This document shows, one piece after another, positions 44,728 through 58,929 of a stretch of DNA of 64,000 nt (the first letter of the stretch is position 1; the number at the start of each line of letters is the position of its first letter). The translations under genes and the position numbers were made by a program. The notes beneath the pieces were generated by a model, which was not told the origin of the DNA, did not search any database, and worked only from the letters and a program-made list of their open reading frames with translations. This stretch comes from the human T2T-CHM13v2.0 reference genome, Homo sapiens. The stretch lies in the NCBI RefSeq assembly GCF_009914755.1, contig NC_060948.1; one strand, given 5' to 3'.

Positions 44728-45855
44728 TATTTTAAGTAACCATATTAAATATTTTATCCCAAAGATACTAAAAATCTGAAATTTTTACTTCTCCTGGTTA
44801 GGATGGTAATTTGCTATAAAGCAATATTTATTATATAACTTTTAGAAAGACCTCCATGTAATTGTAGATACACTCATGTGGATAAAATAGGATTAGAAAA
44901 CACACCTTCAAATGTTCACAGAAATAATTTGAAAATTGTGTGTGATAACTTGAATGAAATTAAAACCCAAACTTATTTTAGAACTCTGTCAGCAGATATG
45001 CTGTATTTCAGATAGTAGTGGTGGAACCGTAAACATTTACTAAGTGGCAGTTTTTTAAAAAACCTGTCATTTTATTGTTGATTTCCCTACTGGTGGAGTA
45101 AATAAACATATAACAGAAAATTATTTTTATTTTAACTATTAATAGTTACCTTACCATTAGATTTCTGGCAAACTATCACTTACAAAATCAGTGTCCGTCA
45201 ACAACATTGATTTCCTTTTGCTTTGTCATGCTATATTTGAATATTTTTTCACATTTTCAGTAATTTTGGCTTTCAAAGTACTGGTTAAATATTAGTATAA
45301 TATTTGAGAGAACACATTTTATGATCAGTGACAATGGTCAAATTTACTCATTTTAGATACTATATTAATGCATATTGTTTAATTTATGACATATTCCTGA
45401 AAAAATTAGTAAAATAAAACATGTTAAATTCAATAGTCCTCTGCCAATAACTATAATGTGTGCAATTAGCTTTTTATTAAAGCCATTTATTTATCTTCTT
45501 GTTCATAAATAATAGAAGCCGTGGAATATGATACTTTATTAGGCTAATAATAATGATCCAAACTATTATAAAATCTAGAAGTCATTACTATATCATAGAG
45601 TAGAAATTTGATTATCTTTAAAATATTTTAAAACGTGAAGTGCATAGCATACATTTTCCAATGTCTTAAGAAAATATTTTCTGTATGGTTTACGCAGTAT
45701 GTAGGTATTAATCAGACTATCCATTTATGAAAAGCATTCCACTCCATGTGTCAGTTAAATAAAAGATTAAAATTATCTATTTCTGCTTAAATGCATGTTT
45801 TTCTTTAGGACTCCAAATGTTTTTAACTGACTGTTTTTTAAAATTGGCACCATTA

Positions 45856-46169
<314 letters not shown>

Positions 46170-46184
46170 TTAACATTTGTTTTA

Positions 46185-49100
46185 TCATGTTTTTAAAATT
46201 TAAACTTTCAATTTTAGAATAGTTTTAAATACGTAGAAAAATCGTGTTTCCTGTATCTTATCCATTCTCCCATATTGTTAACATTTTATATGACTTTGAT
46301 GCATTAAGGAACCAACATCAGCAAAATACTATATATATATAAAATATATACATATTATATATAATATACTATGTATTATATACACTATATATTATATACC
46401 ATATATTTTATACACTATTATATATAGTATATACATTATGTGTATACTTTACACATTATTTAGACTTTAATAGTTATTTCTTAATGTCATTTTCAAGAAT
46501 TTCAATCAGAATTGACATTACATTTAGTCATTTCTTAGTCCGATATGATCTGTGACAGTTCTGAGACATTTTCCTTTTGATAACTTTAAGAATTTTACAT
46601 ACTACTGGTCAGACATTTTATAGAATATTGCTCAATTTTTTTTTAAGTTTGCTTTGTTTGTTTGGCACTCGGAGGCTATGAGTTTTGGAGAAGACCACAG
46701 ATACAAAGTGCCATTCATTACATCATATCAAGGGTTTTAAACACTTTTGTATTTTCTGGCACTGTAAGTTGCTTCAGGATAATTTTTGTGTATTTCTTAC
46801 CCTAATTCTAAAATCGGCTTTTACTACAAGTATTCCTGGTTCTTTTATTGGAAAACTGTATTAGAAACTAAAATCACAACACTAGTCATGCCTGTTCTTA
46901 CTGAGATGCTTTTGTTTCTAGGCCCTATCAGGGAATACAAACAAAATTTTACATATACTCACTCATGTATATACATATACCTTTACCTATTTCTGCATGT
47001 AACCAACTATGTTTATGTTAAGCTGATCATTAAAAAATTATTTTATTGAGGTATGACTGACACTTTAAAAGCCATCATTATACTTAAGCTAATCATAAAT
47101 TAATACTATAATCTTCAACTTTATTATCACGTGGATTATTCGAGCCCACTTTCTTTGCATATCTGTAACTCCCAACTACAACAGTGAAAAAGCTGGCTCA
47201 TATCAGTCAATATCAATTAACTTATTTGTTCAATTCCAGTACAAGTGTATAGTGGTTTCAGTAGTGTTAACCCATGTGCCCATGGAAAACAACTTTATCA
47301 GTTAGAATAAAGTGTATGTGGATATTTCCTTTTATCCATCTTACAGCTTTTTCATTTGTTTTTATAACTATTACCTCTTTGAGATATAATTCACATACCA
47401 TGAAATTCATCCCTTTAAAATGTACAAATTAGAAGTCTTTAGTATAGTCACAAAATTATGCAGTCATTACCACTACCTAATTTTAGAAAATAATTATTAC
47501 TTTGAAAAGAAACCCTGTACCCAATAGCCTCGATACCCTATTCCTTCTTCAACCAAGTCTTAGACAATCTTTAATTTACTTTTTGCCTCTACAGATTTGC
47601 CTTTGAATTGAATCATAAAAAAGTGGTCCTTTGTGAGAGTATTATTTTGCTTAGCACATCTTTTGATGTTCTTTCATGATCTGTAGCATTTATCAGTACT
47701 CCACTATTATTTTTTCTTGGTTAACTTAAAAAAAATAATGTACCATATTTTTCAGGAGTTTAAGGCTAATAGAAAAAGAACAGAAGTATCTTTGTTACAA
47801 TTGATGAGCCAATATTAATGCATTATTAACTGAAGTCCTCAGTTTATGTTATAGGTCTCACTTTGTGTTTTACATTCTATGGGTTTGGACAAATGTATAA
47901 TGACATATATCTACAATTACATTATCATACAGAATAGTTTCAGTGCCATAAAAATCCTATGTGCTCCATATATTACAGAAATTTCTACCAATCACTAATC
48001 TTCTTATTCTCAGAATAGTTTTGCTTTTTCCAGAAGGTCATATCCTTAAAATTATACAGGTATGTTGCCTTCTCAGATTAGTTTATTTCACTTAGCAATA
48101 TACATTTAAAGTTCTTCTATTTTTCTCCGATAGTTTTTTTAAAACCACTGAATATTCCATTGCATGCATATATGACAGTTTGGTTACCTATACACCTATT
48201 AAAAACATTTTGGTTGCTTTTAAATTTATTCCATTATGAAAAGAGCTGCTATGAAGATTTATGTGCAGATTTTAGTGTAAATGTAAGTTTCCAACTTCTT
48301 TGGGTAAATATTAAGGAGCAGAATTTCTGGGTCATATGGTAAGAGCACGTTTAGTTATGCAAGAAACTGCCACTCTTTTTCCCAAATATCTGTACAATTT
48401 TGTATTTTTACCAGCAATAAATGAGAGTACCTGTTGTTACATATCCTTATTATCATTTGATGCTGTCGGTCTTTTAAATTTTTCCCATTCTAATAGGTGT
48501 ATAGTGGTATTATATTGTTTTAATCTGCAATTCTCTAATGATATATTTTTGTATGCTCATATGCAATTATGCCATCTGTATGCCTTCTTAGGGAAGCTTT
48601 CTATTCATATTTTTAGATTTTTTTTATTGTTTTTTTTTTTCTTGAGACCTAAGTGTTTTTTGCATATTTCAGGTATCAGTCATTTATCAATGTGTTTTGC
48701 AAATATGTTCCTTTAGTGGCTTTTCTTCTCTTTCTCTTAACAGTATTTTTGATAGAGAATAAGCATTTACATTTAATTAAGTCCAGTTTACCTACCTTTT
48801 ATTTCCTGGATCAGGCTTTTTGTCTTATATGTAAAAAGTCATCACCAAATCCAAGATCATTTAGGTTTCCTCCTACATGTTTTGCTAAGAGGGTTTTTAG
48901 TTTTTTGTTTTGTGGTCATGTCAACTTTTTTTTTAACTTTTATTTTAGGTTTGGGGGTACATGTGCAGGATTGTTATATAAGTAACTTGTGTGTCATGGG
49001 TTTTGGGTGTACAGATTATACATTTTACATTTAGTTGTATCGTTTATTTTTAGTTAATTTTTGTGAAAGTAGTAAGATTATTATTATTTTTGAACATGTA

Positions 49101-49745
49101 TGTACAGTTTTCCAGCACCATTTCTTGAAAAGAATATCCTTTTCCCATGAACTGCTTTCACTCTTTTATCAAAAATCAATTGATAACATTAGTATGGATC
49201 TATTTTGGGGCTCTCTGTGCTTTCTATTGAATCTACTTGTCCATTGTTAGTATCACACTATTTTATTAATGCAGCTTTATAACGAGTATTGAAGTTATAT
49301 AGTGTCAGTCATCCAACTTTGTTCTTGTTCAAAATTGTGTCAGCTATCCTATATCTTTTGTCATTTCATATAAACTTTAGAATATTTGTGAATGTTCACA
49401 ATATACCTAATTTTCATTTTTATTCTGATTGTGTTGAATCTTGAAATCAAGTTAGGAAAATAGCCATCTTGACAATATTGAGTCTTTCTGTCCGTGTATG
49501 AGATATCTTTCCTTTCAGTTAGATATTCAGTTATTTCTTTAATCACAGTTTTATAAATTTTTTCATATAGAAATAACAAATATCTTGTCCATATTTTGTT
49601 AGCTTTGTGACTATTTCAGGATTTTTTAGGTGGTACGATACATGATATTGAGTTTTTAATTTCAAATTCCATTGTTCATTGCTGGTACATGAGGCATCAA
49701 TTGACTTTTGTATATTAACCTTGTATCCTAAAAACTTATTAAAAT
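46185..49745 (-). mobile_element. Stack of ancient L1M 3'/ORF2 fragments (MC/MD/MB-type), including a ~95-bp younger L1 3' tip at ~48925-49020
   Basis: Several L1 3' termini (e.g. tgagatataattcacatacca at 47380); ORF2-like minus ORF 49361-49579; internal boundaries unresolved. Confidence 0.7.
46327..46447. repeat. Degenerate (TA)n low-complexity tract
   Basis: Read directly. Confidence 0.9.
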
Positions 49746-49759
49746 CCCAATTATTAAAA

Positions 49760-50587
49760 CCTCATATCTGTCAGAATAAGTAGTATCCAAAAGATGAAAG
49801 ATAACAAGTTTTAGCCAGGATGTGGAGAAAAGGAAACCCTGATATACTGTCAGTGGAAATGTAAATTAGTACAGCCACTATGATAAGGAGTATGAAGTTT
49901 CTCTAAAAGCTAAAAATAGAATTATCACATGGTTCAGCAATACCTCTTCTGAGTATATATCCAAAGAAATTGACGCCAGTATGTTGAAGATAAATCTGCA
50001 CTCCCATTTTCATTGTAGCATTATTCACAATATCCAAGATATGGAAGCAACTTAAGTGTCCATTAATGGATAAATGGATAAAGAAAATATGGTATATATA
50101 CATAATGGGATAAAAAGGGGAATTCTGTCATTTTCAACAACATTGGTGAACCTGGAGGAAACTGTGCTAAGTGAAATAAACCAGACAGAAAGATAAATAC
50201 TGCATGATCTCACTTACATATGCTGAATGTAAACAATGTCAACTTAAAGAAGTAGAGAGTAGAATGGTGATTACTAGAGGCTTGGAATGGGGGTGGGGAA
50301 AGGGGAAATATCTGTCAAAGGATACAAAGTTTTAGACAGGAGGAATAAATTTTAGTGACCAGTTTCATAGCATGATGACTACAGTTAATAATAATTTATA
50401 TTTCAAAATCCCTAAAAGAGTTCAATTTTAAAAGTTCTCCACACACAAAATTGAAAAACAGGCAAGATGAAAGATAAGTTAATTAGCTTGATTTAATTAT
50501 TCTACAATGGTTTATCAAAACATCACACTGTATTCCATAAGCATATAATTACTGTAAATTAAAAATAAAACATAATAAAAAATAAAT
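49760..50587 (+). mobile_element. L1MA-type 3' fragment
   Basis: ORF2 end (ggatgtggagaaaaggaaaccc...gtaaattagtacagcc), 3'UTR and A-rich tail. Confidence 0.85.
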
Positions 50588-50915
50588 TTGTTAGAGTGTG
50601 CTTTATGCTCAAAACTGTGGTGTATCCTGGTGAATGCTCTGTGTGAAATTAGGAAGCATGTGTATTATGCTGCTGTTGGATAAAATGTTCTATAAATATC
50701 AATTACATATAGTTTAATGGTGGTTCTGTTCTGTTCAACTGTATCATTACTATTTTCTGCCTGCTAGATCTGGCAATTACTGATAGAGAAGTGTTGAAAT
50801 GTTGAACTATAATGCTGGATTTCTCTATTCCTCCTTGCAGATCCTCATATATTATGATGCTTTATTGTTAGGCACATACATTTTATGGATTGTTATTTCT
50901 ACTTAGAGGATTAAC

Positions 50916-51001
50916 CCAGGCTTGAACTCCTGAGCTCAAGTGATGTGCCCAACTCAGCCTCCCAAAGTTCTGGGAGTACAGGCATGAGCCACTGTGCCAG
51001 G
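50916..51001 (-). mobile_element. Alu left-arm fragment (AluJ/FLAM-like)
   Basis: ttgaactcctgagctcaagtgat...cctcccaaag...gagccactgtgcc. Confidence 0.88.
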
Positions 51002-54000
51002 CTCCTCCCTACTTTGTAGTCTCCAGTGTCTATTGTTTCCATCTTTATGTCCATGTGTATTTATTGTTTCCCTCTCACTTATAAGTGAAAACATGTGTTA
51101 TTTGATTTTCTGTTTCTGTATTATTTCACTTAAGAAAATGTCCTCCAGCTGCATCCATGTTTCTGGAAAGGACATAATTTCATTCTTTTTAATGGCTGTT
51201 TAGCATTCCTTCATGTGTATGTACCGAATTTTCATTATCCATTTTTCCATTGATGAACATGTAGGTTGATTTCATGTCTTTGCTATTATAAATAGTGCTG
51301 TGATAAACATACAAGTTTCTTTTTCTTTGGGGACATACCTAATAGTGGGATTGCTGGATCAAATGGTAGCTCTATTTTTAGTTCTTTGAGACATTTCCAC
51401 ACTGTTTTCCATAGAGGTTGTACTAGTATGCATACCCACTAACAGTGAATAAGCATCCCCATTTTCCTGCATCCACAAAAACATCTTTTTTTTTTTTACT
51501 TTTAAATAATAGCCACTTTGAGTGGTATGAGATGGTATCTAATTGTGGTTTTGATTTGCATTTCTCTGATGATTAGTGATGTTGAGCATTTTTTTTCTTA
51601 TATTTCTTGACTGTGTATGCTTTCTTTTGAGAAGTGTCATTTTATGTCCTTTTCCCACTTTTTAAGAATTCTTTTTTTATTTTTTGTTGATTTGTTAGTT
51701 TCTTATAAATTCTTTATTTTAGTCCTTTATAGGATGTATCATTTGTGACTACTTTCTCTCATTCTGTAGATTGTCTGTGTACTCTATTGACAGTTTATTT
51801 TGGTGTGAAGAAGCTCTTTAGTTTAAGTTCCATTTGTCAATTTTTATTTTGTTGCATTTGCTATTGAGGTCTTAGTCATAAATTATTTTCCTAGGCCAAT
51901 GTCCAGAAGAGTTTTTCCTAGGTTTCTTCTAGGACTTCTGTAGTTCAAGTCTCATATTCAAGTCTTTAATCTTTAGTTGATTTTTGTATACAGTGAGAGA
52001 TAGGGGTCCAGTTCTACTCTTTTGCATATGGCTAGCCAGTTTTCCCAGCATCATTTATTGAATGGCTTGCACGTTCTTTCACCATTGTTTATCTTTGTTG
52101 ACGTTGTCAAACATCAATAAGATGTAGCTGTGTGGCTTTATTTCTGGGTTCTCAATTCTGTTCCGTTGGTATGTGTGTCTGATTTTTACTTGCACCATGC
52201 TCTTCTGGTTACTATAACCTTGTAGAATAGTATGAATTTGGGTGATGTGGTATCTCTGGCTTTGTTCATTTTGCTTAGGATTGCTTTGGCTATTTGGGCT
52301 CCTTTTTTGGTTCCATATGAGTTTTAGAATAGTTTTTTCTAATCTGTGAATGATGGTAATTTGATAGAAATTGCATGACTCTGTAGATTGCTCTTGGCAG
52401 TAAGGTCATTTTATCAATATTGATTCATCCAGTCCTTGAACATGGAACTTTTTTTCATTTGTTTATATCATCTATGGTTTATTTCAGCAATGCTTTGTGG
52501 TTCCGCTTTTGGAGGTTTTTTACCTACTTGGTTAAATGTATTCCTAGGTATTATTTTTTGGTGGCTATTGTAAATGTCGTTGCATTCTTGATTTGGTTCT
52601 CAGCTTGAATGTTATTGTTGTATATTGCTATTAATGTTTGTATTTTGATTTTGTACTCTAAACCTTTACTGAAGGTAAAGATAGATATCTGATGATCTTA
52701 GATAATGTGACTTCCTCTTTTCCTATATGGATGTCTTTTTTTTTTTTTCCTCTCACCTGATTGCTCTGGCTAGGAATTCCAGTACTACATTGAATAGGCC
52801 TGGTGAAAATAGACAAACTTGTCTTTTCCTAGTTTTTAAGGGGGATACCTCCAACTTTTGCCCATTCAGTATGATGTTGGCTGTGGGTTTGTCATACATG
52901 ACTCTTATTATTTTGAGACATGTTCCCTGTATGCCTAGTTTGTTGAAAGGTTTTTTTTTATTATGAAGGGATGTTGGATTTAATCAAATGTTCTTTCAGC
53001 ATCTATTGAGATAATATGTTTTTATTTTTAATTCTATTTATGTGGTGAATCACGTATATTGAGTCACATATGTTAAAGCATCCTTGCATTTCTGGAATAA
53101 AGCCCAATTTATGCTGCTATATTCAGTTTGCTAGTATTTGTGTGAGGACTTTTGTGACTAGGTTAATCAGGAATATTGACCTGTAGTGTCCAATTTTTGT
53201 TTTGTCCTTGCCAGATTTTGGTATCTGGAAGAAACTGGTTTTATAGAATAATTTAGAGAGGAATCCCCTCTCCTTGAATCTGTCTGATTCAGGGAATTTT
53301 TTGGTAGATCTATTTTTTGTTACTGATTCAGTTTTGTAACTCATTATTGGTCTGTTCAGTATTTTAATTTCTTCCTGGTTCACTCTTGGAAAGTTGTGTA
53401 TCTCCAGTAATTTATCCATTTCCTGTAGGTTATCTACTTTGTGCCCACAGAAGTATTACTAATAGTCTCTGAGGATCTTTTTATTTCTGTGGTATCAATT
53501 TTAGTGTCACCTCTGTCATTTTTATTTTGCTTACTTGGATTTTCTCTTTTGTTCTTAGTTAGTCTATCTAGCAGTGTATCAATACTGTTTATCCTTTCAA
53601 AGAACCATTTTTTATTGATCCTTTGTATGATTTCCTTTGTCTCGATTTTATTTAGTTCTTCTCTGATATCAGTTCTTTATTTTCTTTCGCTAGCTTTTCA
53701 TTTAGTTTGTTTTTGTTTTTTTCCAGTTCCTTTAGGTGTGATGTTGGTTTGTTAAGTCTTTCTGTCTTCTTGATTTATGTATTTAGCGCTATAAACTTTC
53801 CTCTTACACTGCTTTTGCTGTATTTAGGAAGTTTTGGTAATTTGTGTCTCTGTGTTCCTTTTTCAAAGATTTTTTTGATATCTGTCTTAATTTTGTGTTT
53901 ACCCAAAAGTCATTGATATCTGTCTTAATTTTGTGTTTACCCAAAAGTCATTTAGGAGCTAGTTGTTTAGTTTCCATGTATTTGTGTGGTTTTGAGAGTT

Positions 54001-54860
54001 CCTTGTGGGATTCAGTTCTAATTTTATTCCACTGTAGTCCAAGAATATGCTTGATATGATTTCAATATTTTTTGTATTTATTGAGACTTGCTTTATAACT
54101 GAGCATGTGGTCAATCTTAGAGAATGTATTAGGCAGATGAGAAGAATGTATACTCTGTGATTGTTGGGTGGAGTATTTTGTAAATATCTATTAGGTCTAT
54201 TTGGTGAATAACTCAATTTAAGTCCAAATTTTCTTTGTTAGTTTTCTGCCCCAGTGATCTGTCTAATGCTAGCAGTAGGGTATTGAAGTCTGTCACAATT
54301 ATTATTGTTTGGCTGTCTATCTCTTTTCTTAGTTCTTGGAGTATTTGTTTCCTAAATCTAGGTGCTTTCATGTTGGGTAAGTATATGCTTAGGATAGATA
54401 AATATTCTTGTTGAATTGAACCCTGTATCATTATACAATGCCCTTCTTTGTTTCTTTTTACCATTTTTGGTATAAAGTCTGTTTAATCTCATACAAGAAT
54501 AGCAACCCCTGACTCTTTTTTGTTTCCATTTTCATAATAGATATTTTTCCATCTCTTTACTTTGAGCATGTGGGGTATCCTTACTCATGAGTTAGGTTTC
54601 TGGAAGTAAGCAGAAGCTTGGGCCTTGTTTTCTGAATCAATTTGCTATCTATGTCTCTTAAGTGGAGCGTTTAAGCTTCTTAGGTTCAAGGGTCTCATTC
54701 CTGACATATTGTTAATTTGTTTCTTTCTAATCTCAATTATGTAATTGATTTTTAGAATCTGTTAGCTTTGCACTTACATGTGCTTTTATGGTAGCAAGTA
54801 TCATTCTTTCATTTTTCATGTTTAGGAGTCCTTTGAGCATTTCCTGTAAGTCTGGTATGT
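51002..54860 (-). mobile_element. L1PB/L1PA16-like element: partial 3'UTR, ORF2 and inter-ORF region
   Basis: ORF2 remnants in minus ORFs 53123-53419, 53959-54216, 54213-54464. Confidence 0.88.
53875..53950. repeat. Perfect 38-bp tandem duplication
   Basis: ttgatatctgtcttaattttgtgtttacccaaaagtca twice, no mismatches. Confidence 0.98.
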
Positions 54861-57070
54861 TGTATCTTTTTTTCTAATTAGTTTCAAGGAATTTCTTGAT
54901 TTCTGTCTTTATTTCATTGTTTACTCAGAAGTTATTCAGAAGCAGGTTGTTTAATTCCCATTTAATTGTATGGTTTTGAGTTATTTTCTTAGGATTGGTT
55001 TCTATTTTTATTGCACTGTGGTCTGATGATGTGGTCGATATAATTTCATTTTTTTATTAGCTGAGAGTTATCTTATGGCCAATTGTGTGGTCAGTTTTAG
55101 AGTATGTGCCATGTGCAGACGAGAAGAATGTATATTCTGTTGATTTTATGTGGAGAGTTCTGTAGATGTCTATTATGTCCATTTCCTCAAGGGTTGAGTT
55201 AAGGTCCCAAATCTCTTTGTTATTTTTTTGCCTCAATGATCTGTCTAATACTGTCAGTGGGGTGTTAAAGTCTTCCATTCTTATTGTGTTGTTATCTAAA
55301 TCTCTTCATAGGTCTCTAAGAACTTGCTTTATATATCTGAGTGCTCCTGTATTGGGTGTATATATTTTTAGGATAGGTCTTCTTGTTGAGTTTAGCCCTT
55401 TAACATTATGTAATGCTCTTTTTTGTGTTTTTTGATTTTTGTTAGCTTAAAGTCTGTTTTGTATGATATTAGAATAGGAACTCCTGCTTTTCCTTTTTTT
55501 TTTTTTTGGTTTTTGTTTTTTTGGTAAATTTTTCTCCATCCCTTTACTTTGAGCCTATGGGTGTCATTGCCTGTGAGATGAGTATCTTGAAGACGGTATG
55601 CAATTGGGTTTTACTTCTTTATGCAACTTGCCGCTCTGTGCCTTTCAACTGGGGCATTTAGCCCATTTACATTCAGGGTTATTATTGACGTAAGTGGATG
55701 TGATCCTGTTATGTTGTTAGCTGGTTATTATGCAGACTTGTTTGTGTCATTGCTTTATAGTGTCACTGGTCTATGTACTTAAGTGTTTTTTTGTAGTGGC
55801 TAGTCACAGCCTTTCCTTTTCATATTTATCACTCCCTTAAGTAACTATTGTAAGGCACGTCTGGTGGTAATAAATTTCCTAAGCATTTTCTTGTCGAAAA
55901 AGATCTTATTTTTTCTTCACTTATAAAGCTTAGTTTGACCTGATATAAAATTCTTGGTTGAGAATTATTTCCTTTATGAATGCTGTATATAGGCCCTCAA
56001 TCTCCTCTGGCCTATATGGTTTCATCTGACAGGTCTTCTTTTAGCCTGATGGGGCTCCCTTTGTAGGAGACCTGCCCTTCTCTCTAGCTGCTTTTAACAT
56101 TTTCCTTTCATTTCAACCTTGGAGAATCTGATGAGTAGTGTCTTGGGAATGGTCTTCTTGTGTAGTATTTCTCAGGAGTTCTCTGCTTTTCATGAATTTG
56201 AATGTTGACCTCTATAGCAAGTCTGGGGAAATTTTCAAGGACAATATCCTGAAATATGTTTCCCAAGATGCATTTTTTCCCTCCTTGTCTCTCAGGAATG
56301 CCAATGAGTCATAGATTGGGTCTCTTTACATAATCTTATATTTCTTCAAGGTTTTGTTCATTCTTTTTAATTTTTTTTTATATTTTTCTCTTACTGAGGT
56401 ACTTCAGAGATTCAGTCTTCAAACTCTGAGATTGATTTATTATCTTGGTCAGTTCTACCATTAATACTTGTGATTTCATTGCAAAATTTCTGTAGAGTGT
56501 TTTTTAGCTCTATCAGATCAGTGTTCTTTCTTATTATGACTGTTTTGTCTATCGGCCTCTGTATTGTTTTATTGTAATTGTTATATTCCTTGGATTGGAT
56601 GTTAATGATCTTTCTTGCCATCTGTATTCTGAATTCTATTTCTGTCATTACTGCCATCTCATTCTGTGTAAGAACCATTGCTGGGGAACTAGTGTGATTA
56701 TTTGAAGGTAAGAAGAAACTCTGGTCTTTTTAGTTGTCAGAGTTCTTGTGCTAGTTTTCTTCTCATCTTTAAGGGCTGATGCTCCTTCAATCTTTGAGGT
56801 TCCGGACCTTTGAATTTTTTCTTTTATCATGTCTGATGTTCTTGGTGGGTTGACTGTGGTATAAGGTGGGCTCAGTAGATCGGCTTTATTTCTGGAGGAT
56901 TTTAGTGGGTCAAGGCTCAGCTCATTATACCTCAACTGCATGCTTTAACTCTCAGGGGCTGGTATCAGGCCCACGGCTTTATTCTCTGGCTTTTGGAGGT
57001 TAGAAACATGCCATGTGGGAAGGACCAAGTTGTCCCAGACCACTGGTCTGAACACTTCAATAGGTAGTGC
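54861..57070 (-). mobile_element. Second old primate L1 piece: EN domain, ORF1, part of 5'UTR
   Basis: ORF 55057-55278 DFNTPLTVLDRS...HGTYSKTDH (EN); ORF 56412-56678 MTEIEFRIQMARK (ORF1). Confidence 0.88.
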
Positions 57071-57071
57071 C

Positions 57072-57805
<734 letters not shown>

Positions 57806-57824
57806 ATGAACATTTTCTCCCACG

Positions 57825-58927
57825 GAATGGGAGAAAATATTTTCAAACTACCCAGCTGACAAGGGATTTATAACCAGAATAGATAAGGAGCTCAAACAAC
57901 TCTATAGAAAAAAAATCTAATAATTAAAAATGAGCAAAATATTTGAATAGACATTTCTCTAAAGAAGACATACAAATGACAAACAGGCATATAAAAGGCA
58001 CTCAACATCATTGATCATCAGAGAAATGCAAATGAAAACTGCCATGAGATATCATGTCATCTCAGTTAAAATGGCTTATATCCAAAAGACAAGCAATAAC
58101 AAATGCTTGTGAGGTCATGGAGCAAAAGGAACCCTTATACACTGCTGTTGGAAATGTAAATTAGTACAATCAATATGAAGAACAGTTTGGAGATCACTCA
58201 TAACAATAAAAGTACAGCTGCCATATGATTCAACAATCTCACTGCTGGGTATACATACCCACCAAAGAGGAAATCAATATATCAAAGAGATCTGCACTCT
58301 CATGTTTGTTGCAGCATTGGTCACAGTAGCCAAGATTTCAAAGCAACCTAAGTGTCCAACATCAGCTTTCAATTATTGCATGTTCTTAGATATAAAGGAA
58401 ATATGGTTCATATACATAGTCTATTACTATTCAGCCATTAAGAAAATAAGATTCAGTCATTTGCAACAACATGGATGGAACTGGATATCATTATGTCAAG
58501 TGATATAATCCAGGCACAAAAAGACAAACTTCACATGTTCTCACTTATTGGTGGGATCTAACAATCAAAACAATTGGACTCATGAAGACATAGAGTATAA
58601 GATGGTTACCAGAGTCTGGGAAGGGTAGTGGGAGTTGGATAAAAATTGGGATGGTTAATTGGTACAAGATAATAATCAGAATGAATGAATAAGATATTTG
58701 ATAGCACAACAGGGTGACTATCGTCAACAATAACTTACTTGCACATTTTAAAACTAACATAAGCGGATTGCAACAGAAAGGATAAATGCTTGAGGGAATG
58801 GATACCCTATTTTCCATGATATAATTATTACCATTGCATGCCTGTATCAAAATAGCTCATGTACCCCCATAAATATATACATCTACTATGTTCCCATCGA
58901 AATTAAAAATTAAAAATAACAAAAAAG
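57825..58927 (+). mobile_element. L1MA1-3-like 3' fragment
   Basis: ORF2 end, L1MA 3'UTR (gatagcacaacagggtgacta, gataaatgcttgaggg), A-rich tail. Confidence 0.88.
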
Positions 58928-58929
58928 GT

